Shown here: positions 52,690-64,000 of the stretch, in pieces
Numbering within the stretch: the first letter of the stretch is position 1
How the letters are laid out: the number at the start of each line of letters is the position of its first letter
Source of the DNA: Octopus vulgaris
Lineage: Eukaryota
Direction of reading: 5' to 3'
DNA: 64,000 bases
Assembly (NCBI GenBank): GCA_951406725.2
Contig: OX597829.1
Coordinates: 24,118,001 to 24,182,000 of the forward strand
Notes under the pieces: generated by a model
The model's database searches: none
The model's input: the letters and a program-made list of their open reading frames with translations, nothing else
Told to the model about the DNA's origin: nothing
Position numbers and translations under genes: made by a program

Positions 52690-52990
52690 AGCTTCTGGAG
52701 ATCAGCAACACACATTGGCCAGGTCTCACAACCATAGAGGAGAACCATTTAGACAAGCACCTGGTAAATATGGCATTTCATCATGAGGTGGGTTTCCTGA
52801 CAAGCACTTACGGAGGTGGCAGAAGGCCCACCATGCATGATTGATTCTAATCAAGATCTCATCCTTCCCCTGGCCAGTGGTGGTAAATGTGGATCCAAGA
52901 TATTTGAACTCCTTAACCTCTTCCACAGCCTCCCCATCAAGTGACCCTGGGGGAGGGAGGTATATTGGCTGAAACAATCTTCATTTTCGA
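52690..52990 (-). mobile_element. RTE-like RT fragment
   Basis: ORF 52726..52977: LDGEAVEEVKEFKYLGSTF...EILIRIN.A..AF. Confidence 0.7.
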
Positions 52991-53251
52991 GGTGAACATA
53001 CATACATAGATGCTTACATACATGCATACATACATAACCTACATACATAACATAAATAGACATGCATGCCTGTATGCATACATACATGCATGGATACATA
53101 AGTACATACATTGCATACATGCAATACATACATACACACATACATTCATGTTTACATACAGGCTTATATATATACATACATACATACATAACATACATAC
53201 ATACATAGATGTATACATAGATAACATAAATACATACATATACACATACAT

Positions 53252-54385
53252 GAGGCTGATAACATGATAAGACTTGGTAGGCAGCTCCTTGAGCAATATT
53301 CCTTGTCTGATAACCTAGAATACATGCCCAAAGAAGTTGCACAACTCTACCACAACATGTCATCAGATGAAAAAATGAGCCTATATGAGCAGAAGACTAA
53401 GCATGGATATGTTAGTAGAAAGCTCCGTGATGATAGTAACATTAATCATCAAAGCAGTCTATTAAGGACCAATAGCCAGATTACTGCCTCTCACTTCGAA
53501 AGGTATCCGTTTACAATCCAGGAACAAGAAATACCAACCAAATACCTAATGCACAAAAGGGATAGAGATGCAGGAAGCAGTAAAATGTGACAATCGATGC
53601 AGACTTTGTGAAGTTAACACTGAAGATATCACACACATCATAAGGAGTTGTCCAAAAATGTCATCATGGTATTATCTACCAACAATATATGATGTAGCTA
53701 GGATACTCTATAATGAAATCCATTGGAAGAATATCCCCAAGGACAAAAAAATAAGAACCCACAGTATGGTTGAAACCATAGCCACTCATGATAACAAAAA
53801 GAAGTACTGGTGGAGTGTCCCAGTGAAGACCTCAATAAAATGTAAGCACAACAGACCTGATATAATGATTAGGGATAGAGAAGATAAACTGTGCACAGTT
53901 GTGGAAATTAGCTGCCCATCGGATGTTAACATAAAGCTGAAGATCAGTGAAAAAGAGAATACCTATGCTGAACTATTGAGGATCTACAGTTACTCTATTC
54001 AGATTACAAGTTCAGGTTTATACCAGTAATTATTGGGGCCTTGTGATATGTAACACACTGCCTAAATGCCAATCTTTAGAAATTAGGCTTCTCAAAACCA
54101 GAAAGGAGAAAGCTAATTCAAAGACTACAGATCCAGTCCATCACTGGAACTGTAAAAATTTGTAAAACTTACCAGAAGTTTATCATTTAAGTATATATGA
54201 GCATGTCTAGATATGCAACTACATGCATAAGAATACATACATAAAGCAAAACATATAAATCTGCACATACATACATACATACAAAAATACCCTTTTGTTG
54301 ATGTTGAAATTCCAATGAAAGAGCCTTGGATTTAGGTTAGAAACCAGTTCTTTCTCTATTGGCAAGAAATCTTGAAATAGACTTA
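53252..54385 (+). mobile_element. 5'-truncated non-LTR retrotransposon with restriction-like endonuclease (R4/Dong-like) in a (CATA)n tract
   Basis: ORFs 53264 and 53568: CRLCEVNTEDITHIIRSC (CCHC knuckle) and NRPDIMI...TVVEISCP...KISEKENTY (PD-(D/E)XK). Frameshifted. The 3' tail is partly repeated at ~54430-54510. (CATA)n lies on both sides. Confidence 0.82.
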
Positions 54386-55517
54386 ATAATGACGTACATA
54401 CATATATACAAACATACATACGTACAAACAAAAATACCCTTTTGTTGATGATGAAATTCTAATGAAGGCTCTTTCTCTATTGGCAAGAAGTCTTGAAATA
54501 AAACTGAACTACATACATACATACATACACACATACATACATACATACATACATACATACATACATACATACATACATACATACATGCATGCATGCATAC
54601 AAACATACATACATACATACATACATACATACATACACACATACACACACACATACATACATACATATATGCATGCATATATATATACATAAAAATATAC
54701 ATACATATTATCAAGTACAGAAACTGTTTGTGTATATAAAAGTCACCTTTGAAGACAACAAGGCTGATGTATCATTCATATACTTTATTGCTAAACAGGT
54801 GTTGCAATTCCTCTTTAAGGTCCCTAAGACAGAACTTGTCTTGCAATAATGGTATAAAACAGTTAGCACATTCATCAAACATTAATGCCAAATTCTTAAA
54901 ATTGTCACTCTAACCCAACAACATCATTCTTTAAAATATATTTTTGTGTAGCAATTAACAAATTTATTCTAATATTACAATCATAACAAATATGAGACCA
55001 ATATATTTTAATAAACCATCTAATATTTGAAAATATCATTATCTCAATTATTATCATCATCATCATCATCATCATCACTTTAATATGTTTTACTATGTAG
55101 AGAGTGGTTGAATTGGTTTGTAAATTTACAAAGAGGCAATTTCACAGAGCAATTTCACAGAGAGAGAGAGAGAGAGGACACACACACACATACACATACA
55201 CTCATTGAAATAGGCTTCTGTAGAAGGTGATTTCGGAAGATTTATACAGCATAGAAATTAATTCAGAAAAATTTTAGATCAATATTTAAAATTACAAAAA
55301 TTACACAATTACAATGGCACCAACAAAACAATCCCTGAAATCTGTTATATGCATGACAAGCATTCATCATTAATTAAATATCAAATGTTATGAAATTATA
55401 TTAAAGCCAATATTCTTTTCCTTTTATTAGACAAAAAAAAAAATATTTGTAACTGCTTTAAATTAAGAATCTTCTCAATCTCTTATTTTGTTCAGTTTTG
55501 TTTTTTTAACATACAAT

Positions 55518-55915
55518 GGCGCAGGAGTGGCTGTGTGGTAAGTAGCTTGCTAACCAACCACATGGTTCCAGGTTCAGTCCCACTGCGTGGCATCTTGGGC
55601 AAGTGTCTTCTGCTATAGCCCCGGGCCGACCAATGCCTTGTGAGTGGATTTGGTAGACGGAAACTGAAAGAAGCCTGTCGTATATATGTATATATATATA
55701 TAAGTGTGTGTCTGTGTCTGTCCCCCTAGCATTGCTTGACAACTGATGCTGGTGTGTTTACGTCCCCCGTCACTTAGCGGTTCGGCAAAAGAGACCGATA
55801 GAATAAGTACTGGGCTTACAAAGAATAAGTCCCAGGGTCAATTTGCTCGACTAAAGGTGGTGCTCCAGCATGGCCGCAGTCAAATGACTGAAACAAGTAA
55901 AAAGAGTAAAGAGTA
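55518..55915 (+). mobile_element. tRNA-derived SINE (family B), full length, (AAAGAGT)n tail
   Basis: Head GGCGCAGGAGTGGCTGTGTGGTAAG...GGTTCAGTCCC, internal TA/TG microsatellite. Other copies at ~3468-3875(-), 21782-22130(+), 28125-28522(+), 38785-39170(+, 5' truncated), 61145-61545(-). Confidence 0.85.
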
Positions 55916-56425
55916 ATGGAATACAATTGGAATAATTTATATTAAATTTTTAAATTTTGACTGTTAATTTGTCAATAAATAATTGTGGTGATATATTTGT
56001 TGACATGATCGAAAGGTAGATTAGGGTTAGGTGAATCTTTCACCAATTACTAAATTTTCTCATTCTTCATATCATTCGACATCTGAAAATAGAGCATTGA
56101 GCGAGCCAAAGCAGAACTCCTTTATGGAAGCGTCCAACTTACACAGTGCAGTAGGCATATCTTTGTCAATACTTCTTAATAATATTCAACAACCTGCCCT
56201 CCACTCCCACTTTACTCCTACCCATCAATAAATGTAGGTAAGACCATGGTTTGAGACACTACTTTGTTTCATCTGTTAGAGATCTGATATGTAAAGTAAT
56301 TGGGGAAGAGTACACGTCTGCAATGTTTATAACAACAGCTGAGCAACTGTTGTGCCTCAAATATTACTGTAATAATTGGCAAGAAGTCTGAGTGTACTTT
56401 AGAATTCTGACAATTCCTTCCACAT

Positions 56426-56473
<48 letters not shown>

Positions 56474-56898
56474 CTTCACTCCTTACCTCTCTCTCCCAAG
56501 AACATAAAACAATATTCAAAGTAGTCACTATTTTGAAATGGTTAAGATATTTGATTCAGCAGTAAAGCCGGCACATGAAATCCCAGAACAATCATATTGT
56601 ATTTCGTGCAATCATTAAAATGTTTGAGTCTAACAAGGAATAATTAAGGGATAAAAAAATTGCCAGAAATGTTAGATTGCATCTCTTCATTTAAAAGACT
56701 TGGAACATATTTCTCAGGAAGATATATTTGCTGATAGTGGTGGAGTTTGTGGTCCCACACAATGTCTGTATCTAAGGTGTAACCCACAGTCATATAATTA
56801 ATCATCCACATGTTTCATCATTCAACCAAACATACAGAATTTGATAGACAAAAGATAGATATATTAAACATCTGATAAATATTATATATATAATATAG

Positions 56899-56951
<53 letters not shown>

Positions 56952-56987
56952 TGTTGTTTACTGTTGGTGATATCCTGTACCCATATA

Positions 56988-57075
<88 letters not shown>

Positions 57076-57083
57076 TATATATG

Positions 57084-57114
<31 letters not shown>

Positions 57115-57164
57115 GAATAAATAAATAAATGGAGTTGAACGAAGATGTTAATAAAATTCTTTTA

Positions 57165-57246
57165 CTTTCGACATATGTTTCGAAGACAACATAGTTTTAT
57201 TTCAAAGGAATAAACAGTGTAAAATGCAATCTTCTCATCAGGAAAG
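57165..57246 (-). ncRNA. Type I hammerhead ribozyme, intact core (Penelope-like/retrozyme type)
   Basis: Minus strand reads CTTTC CTGATGA GAAGAT...GTCTTC GAAAC ATAT GTC GAAAG. Stem I is CTTTC/GAAAG, stem II is GAAGAT/GTCTTC, stem III is the palindrome ACATATGT. The GUC triplet predicts cleavage between 57170 and 57169. Confidence 0.85.
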
Positions 57247-57579
57247 AAAAAGAGCCTCTCTCAACAACAAGACATTATAACAATTACGATGACTGCCTAC
57301 ATGATAAACAGAACGTTATTAAGTATTTAAAAAAACCGTTAGTAGATTTGACATCAAAGGCAGATAATAGGAAGAGAAGGGTTAAAGGAATAATAAGTTG
57401 AGAACAAATTAATTTATTTATTCATTTATAACACACAAATCACTGCACATTAACCCGGAGTTTCTACCTTTGGATAGGTCGCTTCAACTATGTTTCTGAC
57501 ATGAATTTTGTTACCCTGGTAACGGTTTATTGAATTTTCCATGTTAACGGTAAACATAGGATAATTCATTCATCCATTG

Positions 57580-57617
<38 letters not shown>

Positions 57618-58198
57618 GGAGAGAGAGATAGATAGATACATACATACATACATACATACATGGTGGCTGCCCCCTCGTTATTGAGTATGGCCATTGCACA
57701 AAGCTTAATCAATGTTGTTATCATGCAATGCCTGTGCAAGAAGATTTTTTTTAAAGTGAGGAAAGGCTGTGCATTGAGTCAATCCCACTCACTAAGCAAC
57801 AGCAGCCATAATCCGAAAAGAAGAACAAGTCAACATCATCGGTAACCACTGAGCCACAGGTTTTATGTCGGAGTTATCCCAGTTTCCTGAGTTACCTTCT
57901 CCTAGAAGGATGCCCTAACAAAGGCTAGGAGTCCTTCACTCCCAATGGTTTAATCGCGCGATCGAGTATTCAGTCCGATTATTTCTATGTCCCCGCGCAT
58001 GATACAGCCTTAAGGCATTTATTGGATGGCCGTTGACTCTCAAGAGTTCCTCCGCCCTTTGACGGGTTTTGTTTTTCATCCCGCAGGGTGTCCAATAAAC
58101 ACCCACCTCACCAAGCAAGCTTGGTGGGGTTGCCGGTTTAGTCGCCAACGACCCGATCATGCAACATACACACATACATACATACATACATATATATA

Positions 58199-59256
58199 CA
58201 CTGAACCACAAAAGAAATGCAATTTTTTTCAAATGTCATTTTTATATGGTCAATTCTGAAAATTTATTTTGGGGATGTAAATGTAAATATTCCAAGTCAT
58301 GCTGGTTTATGGCTGAGACCCAAATTGTTGGTAAACTGTCAACTTTCCCTGAAACAAGATGTCAAAATGCAGCTGCATCGAATGCCATGGGTGGCATTTG
58401 CAAGCAATTGTCAGGAAAATCGAAATGCACATGCATCTCATGGAAGTTATGGGGTATAAAAATCAATTTGAACCATGTTCCTGGCACTTGTAATTTAGAT
58501 GCATCAAGTATGACCCAATTGTCAGCAGCGCAAAGAGAACAAGCTATCGGCCGATTGCAAGCAGGGCAGCATGCACTGGTTGTTGCAAAAGCTTACAATG
58601 TCCATGTCAGCACCATCTAGAATAAGGCCCAGATAGAACTGGGCCCTATGTGTTCCAAAATGTTGGTACAGGCAGAGGGAATGGAATCACAGCACAGTGC
58701 CATGCTGACCAGTTCCTAAGACCTCACATCATGCCCTTCTTTGTGCATCACCATAGCCACATGTTCCAGCAGGACAATGCTCCCTCCCACATGGCCAGGG
58801 TCACCATGAACTTCCTGCATCAGCACAGCATCAGAACCATGCCATGGCTGGCTCACAGCCTTGATTTGAACACCTGTGGGATGAAATCCAGAGACAGCTG
58901 AACCAGGTGGTCCCAAGAGCAACAACTCATGTGGAACTGGAGGCAGATTTCGTCAGGGTGTGGGCACAAGTGCCAATGGCTTTTGTGAACTACCTCATGC
59001 ACTTCATGTACCAATGGTGTATGACTATTTTGAACACCCAGAGAGGGCATACATGGTATTGAACATATCACACTCTACAATCTCAATGTGCTGGATTTTC
59101 CCACTACCAGAACACATGACAATAACCCATAGACTGTAGTCATGTTGCATCCTAGAAATTGACTTTATCAGATTTATCAAAATTTATCCCTGACATAATG
59201 AAATTAAAACATATTTTGCAGTCACACACATCTCGCGTTTCTTTTTTGGTTCAGTG
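58199..59256 (+). mobile_element. Internally deleted Tc1-like DNA transposon
   Basis: TIRs CACTGAACCA(C/A)AAAAGAAA(T/C)GC at both ends; TA at left, TG at right. Remnants: HTH (MTQLSAAQREQAIGRLQAG...VAKAYNVHVSTI) and catalytic region (FQQDNAPSH...MPWLAHSLDLN). Confidence 0.85.
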
Positions 59257-59869
59257 TGTGTATGTATTCACACACACATACATGTCTATACGGACAGATA
59301 GATAAGTAGATTGATAGAGAAATCAATCAAGATTTCAGTTACAACTTTAGAGTTGCAAGATTTATTGTTTTAGGTGTTAGCTAGTAAGTATGATGTAGCA
59401 AATATGATATATATATGGCATGTATGTATGTATGTTGCAGTCGTGTATGCTTGTCAAGATCAGGGCTCATTAGCCACCAACGGAACCGCAAATGCAAAAT
59501 ATAAGTTAGTCCTAGAGCGCACAATGTTCCTGAAGGTCGGCAATGGTCTTCCTCGGTCACGAGTGGATGGCCATCATGTACGTATGTACATATGTATGTA
59601 TGTATGTATATATATATTTCTTTACTACCCACAAGGGGCTAAACACAGAGGGGACAAACAAGGACAGACAAACGGATTAAGTCGATTACATCGACCCCAG
59701 TGAACTGGTACTTAATTTATCAAGCCCGAAAGGATGAAAGGCAAAGTCGACCTCGGCGGAATTTGAACTCAGAACGTAACAGCAGACGAAATACGGCTAC
59801 GCATTTCGCCCGGCGTGCTAACGTTTCTGCCAGCTCGCCGCCTTCATTCCAGCTCGCCACCTATGTATG

Positions 59870-59903
<34 letters not shown>

Positions 59904-59991
59904 TGTATGTATGTATGCATGTGTGTGTACATATATATGTACATACGTACATACATACATACCTACATACATACATACATACATACATACA

Positions 59992-60025
<34 letters not shown>

Positions 60026-60111
60026 CATACATAGTGTATGTAGGTCTTTGTGATAAAAATTATAGGCAAGATAATCAATGACCTAGTAGTGAATGATCTA
60101 TAGGTTATTGT

Positions 60112-60209
60112 CCAACCCAAATGTGTTTAACCATAATAGAGGTTTCTTTTGAATATGTTGTAATATATTCAAAAGAAACCTCTATTATGGTTAAACACAT
60201 TTTGGTTGG
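60112..60209. repeat. Perfect hairpin/inverted repeat
   Basis: 38-bp perfect arms 60119-60156 and 60165-60202 around an 8-nt loop GTTGTAAT, extendable to ~45 bp with one mismatch. Confidence 0.9.
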
Positions 60210-61878
60210 TTAATTTCTATTCTTTATCATTTCCAGTATATTACTGCTTTTATTTATGATTTTATTTATTTATTACTGTTTTTATCTATTATGAATAAAG
60301 AGAAAATTCCCTTCCAGTAAGAATTTGGATAGTCAAAACTCTGAGTAGTGGGTAATCAAGCTAATTTAATTGAAAATTCCTTCAGTCTGAAAACTAATTT
60401 GGCCGACTCCAATGTTCTGTTCTCTAAAGAATATTCCAGATATTTCAGCTATCAGAATATAAATTAAAATATATGAAAATCGCCATGAGCAGAAAAACAG
60501 ATCGACTGTCAATACAGTAAAGATCAATAACAATTAATTCTGTATTTTGTAACCTCTCAAAAGCAGACATACACGCACACACAGACATGCATGTGCATAG
60601 TCACACATGTCCATGTGCACACACGCACACACACATACTCACACTTTCACACCATTGCCATCAAAATCATCACTGTTTTGACATTCAATTTTCTCAGCTT
60701 GCATTGGGTCAGATAGAATTCATTTAGGCAGGATATTTTGGCAACCAGATACTCTTCCTGTCACCAACACTAACCAGTTTCCAAGTGAGGTGGTATTTCC
60801 CCAACAGCCGGAAATTCCACAGAAGATTGGAAATAAACATCACTGTTTTATAATGGTCACAATTGTTTACAACTATCACAGATGATAAAATAAAAGACAC
60901 AAATACACGTTTACACACACACACATATAAGTATATATACGCAACAAGTTCATTCAGTTTCCATGTACCAAATCCACTCACAAGGCTTTATACACACACA
61001 CATACACACATACATACACATACATACATACATACATACATACATACATCATCATCATCATCATTTTTAACATCCACCTTCCATGAAAGCATGGGTTGGA
61101 CGGTTTGACATGAGCCAGCCAGACAGAAGACTACACCAGGCTACTCTCTCTTACTCTTTACTCTTTTACTCTTTTACTTGTTTCAGTCATTGGACAGTGG
61201 CCATGCTGGAGCACCGCCTTTAGTTGAGAAAATTGATCCCAGGACTTATTCGTTGTAAGCCTAGTACTTATTCTATTGGTTCTTTTGCCAAACTACTAAG
61301 TTATGGGGACGTAAACACACCAGCATCAGTTGTCAAGCGATGTTGGGGGAACAAACACAGACATATACACACACATACATATACACATATATACATATAT
61401 ACAACGGACTTTTATCAGTTTCCGTCTACCAAATCCACTCACACGGCTATAGTAGAAGACACTTACCCAAGGTGCCACACAGTGGGACTGAACCCAGAAC
61501 CATGTGGTTGGTAAGCAAGCTACTTACCACGCAGCCACTCCTACTGTGTCCGTTTTGGCATGGTTTTTATGGCTGGATACCCTTCCTAACACCAAACACC
61601 CCGCAGAGTGGAATGAATGCTTTTTACATGACACCAGCACAGGCAAAGTCAGTTTAAATACAAATACATTGTTTTAAAGGATTTTTTTGTATTATGTGGA
61701 CATGTAAGTAATTTATTTATTATTAAATATAATAAAATGAATTATCTTTACGTGCTTTAAGTTATGAAACAATTTGTTGTAATATTTGAATTTTCTTATA
61801 GAAAAATAAATTTCATCATACTGTTTCTCTCATCATTTACAACTTTATATAAATACATATATTTATAAATATATATAT

Positions 61879-62176
61879 GGGGGCACAATGGCCCAGTGGT
61901 TAGGACAGTGGACTCGCGGTTGTAGGATCATGGTTGCGATTCCCAGACCGGGCGTTGTGAGTGTTTGTTGAGCGAAAACACCTAAAAGGTCCACAAGGCT
62001 CTGGCAACCCCTGCTGTACTCTTTCGCCACAATTTTCTCTCACTCTTTCCTCTGTTGACCTGCTCGCTTAGCCAGCAGGTTGGCATCATTTGATCACTAA
62101 AACAATGCGAAGCGCATTGTGACCAGCAATGTGTAGCAACATCTGAAGGCCTGGTCAGTCACAGTGATCAGGGTGA
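61879..62176 (+). mobile_element. tRNA-headed SINE inserted in (TA)n
   Basis: GGGGCACAATGGCCCAGTGGTTAGG...GGTTGCGATTCCC head; TA tracts on both sides. Confidence 0.65.
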
Positions 62177-62440
62177 TATATATATATATATACAAAATAA
62201 GAAAATGGAGAAATACATCTAAATCAAATATCAATTACAAGATAATACTCAATCACATACTTTATTAAACCACCACATTAGAGACCGTAGGGTTAAACAT
62301 AAAAAAGCAGAACAAATCAGTGTACATAAAGGAATGTACATAAAAAAGTGTACATAAAAGAGCAATGTTGTATAATAAGTAGAATATATATAAAAAAGAG
62401 AATATAAATATAAGTAAATATAAATATAAGTATAGATTAC

Positions 62441-62567
62441 ATCTTACAGCTGTTTCGGCCATGTAGATAAGTATGTCTCATTTTACCAATATTAGCCTTT
62501 TATGGTAGGTCAATATATAGATATAAATGAGACATTTACAAAGATATCATAAGGCCTCTTCAGAGAT
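62441..62567 (-). ncRNA. Type I hammerhead ribozyme, intact core, with long extended stem II
   Basis: Minus strand reads ATCT CTGAAGA GGCC...GGCC GAAAC AGCT GTA AGAT. The stem II insert has helices ATGTCTCATTT/AAATGAGACAT and ATATTGACC/GGCTAATAT. Stem III is the palindrome ACAGCTGT. The GUA triplet predicts cleavage between 62445 and 62444. Confidence 0.85.
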
Positions 62568-64000
62568 ATACATATACATATGAGTGCTTATACTCACACT
62601 CCTATACATATAAAAATATACATATACATAATAATGTAAATAAATAATATAAATTAGTAAACATATATATGTTCCACATTCAATGTTTCAGTTTTTCAAC
62701 TTAATATTGTGATAATAAACATACACATATTAGTACCTAGATGCAAACATACATAGTCAATAGTACATTATATTACTTCCTACTAATTTCCAAAGTGTCA
62801 TTAAAGTTAGCATCATTATCATTGTCAATACCATTAATGCTACCATTATTATCATTCATAATATTATTAATAACGCTTACATTAGGATCCAAAGTGGCAC
62901 ATATGTATGTCCGGGTTCCAGTTAGTAATTTTCCTTATGACATAAATACACTATTGGATTTGAATTTAAATTATCATTGTCTTCCTCATGGTTGGTCCGT
63001 TGAGAGCCGCCCGGCCTCCACCACACCACACAAGAAAAACATCCACATCCACATCCAACCCTAAACCCACACGTCCACATAAAAACCCACACACACATGC
63101 ACACACACAAGAATACACCCCGACACATCCCTACACATTCACTAGATTGCAGAGTGTATGTCTGTCATCGCATGGCTTATAGACAAATCAGTACAGGCAG
63201 CAGCGTCCATACACTAACACACACACTCACACGCACATCCGCATATACTCATAAATATTAATACACTCTCATATACTGTGTCAGGGAACATTCGCACACA
63301 CATATATATACATATTTAAATATATGTCTGCGCACTCATATGTACAAATAAAACTTATACTTATATCCACCCATGAATAAATATTTGCATATACATATAT
63401 ACATATCCAAATACGCACCTGCGTACTCATATGTATAAGAAACATAAACATCCACCCACGAACATACCTATACGTACAAAAACATACATACGTATACATA
63501 CACATTTTCACACACCTCGACACCTCAACCCACATCCACTAAATCATAAATTAAAATATATGTCTGCCCATCCAAAGACATATATATACATACACAAAAA
63601 GTAAACAGAAGTTACTATTAACTTAGATATAAGTTCATTAATTATGAATTAAATTAAATTAATTATAAGTTTGTAAGTGCCAAATAAACAAAAATAAATA
63701 ATTAAAAAAATAAATATAAATATAAATATATATATATATGTATATATATCCATGTATAGATAAATAGATAAATAAAATGGAATACAAATTAAGAAGAGCA
63801 CAAAGATAGACCTAATATAGTAAATATAAGTGGATACGCCGAAATGCACCCACATGCACATACATGTGCATGCACGACCCCGCACAGACACGCGAATTCA
63901 TGGCTGGGCCCACACGCACACGTCCCTCCCGCACGCACGATCACCAAGATGCAAATGCACGAACTCGCTCGTGCATGCGTGCGCAGGTGCACAAACTCCG

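Noticed and set aside
54305-54355. Hammerhead-like CCAATGA...GAAACCAGTTC in the LINE tail
   Set aside because: Two core mismatches and poor stems; inconclusive without a family consensus, so not counted.

Overview
AT-rich, microsatellite- and SINE-dense eukaryotic DNA. The repeat families suggest an octopus/coleoid cephalopod (inference). Two protein-coding genes are supported, both on the + strand. The first is the last seven coding exons of an MTUS1/MTUS2/CCDC69-family coiled-coil gene (487-11578). The second is a complete, intronless 643-aa PPEF/RdgC-family Ser/Thr phosphatase with IQ motif and EF-hands (34995-36926), probably a retrogene. The rest is mostly mobile DNA: tRNA-headed SINEs, RTE-related non-autonomous elements, RTE, CR1, Tx1 and R4/Dong-like LINE fragments, Tc1/mariner and piggyBac-type remnants and MITEs, and two minisatellites. 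The most notable unannotated signal is about a dozen type-I hammerhead-ribozyme motifs (CTGANGA-stem II-GAAAC-palindromic stem III-GTH) in several short non-coding elements, mostly embedded in (TA)n tracts. Two have an intact catalytic core (57165-57246 and 62441-62567, both minus strand), two form a head-to-head palindrome (37835-37990), and one family places a hammerhead-like motif behind a tRNA-type Pol III head (25048-26260). Nearly all short ORFs in the supplied track are microsatellite or repeat artefacts. Coordinates were read by eye, and repeat boundaries are approximate.
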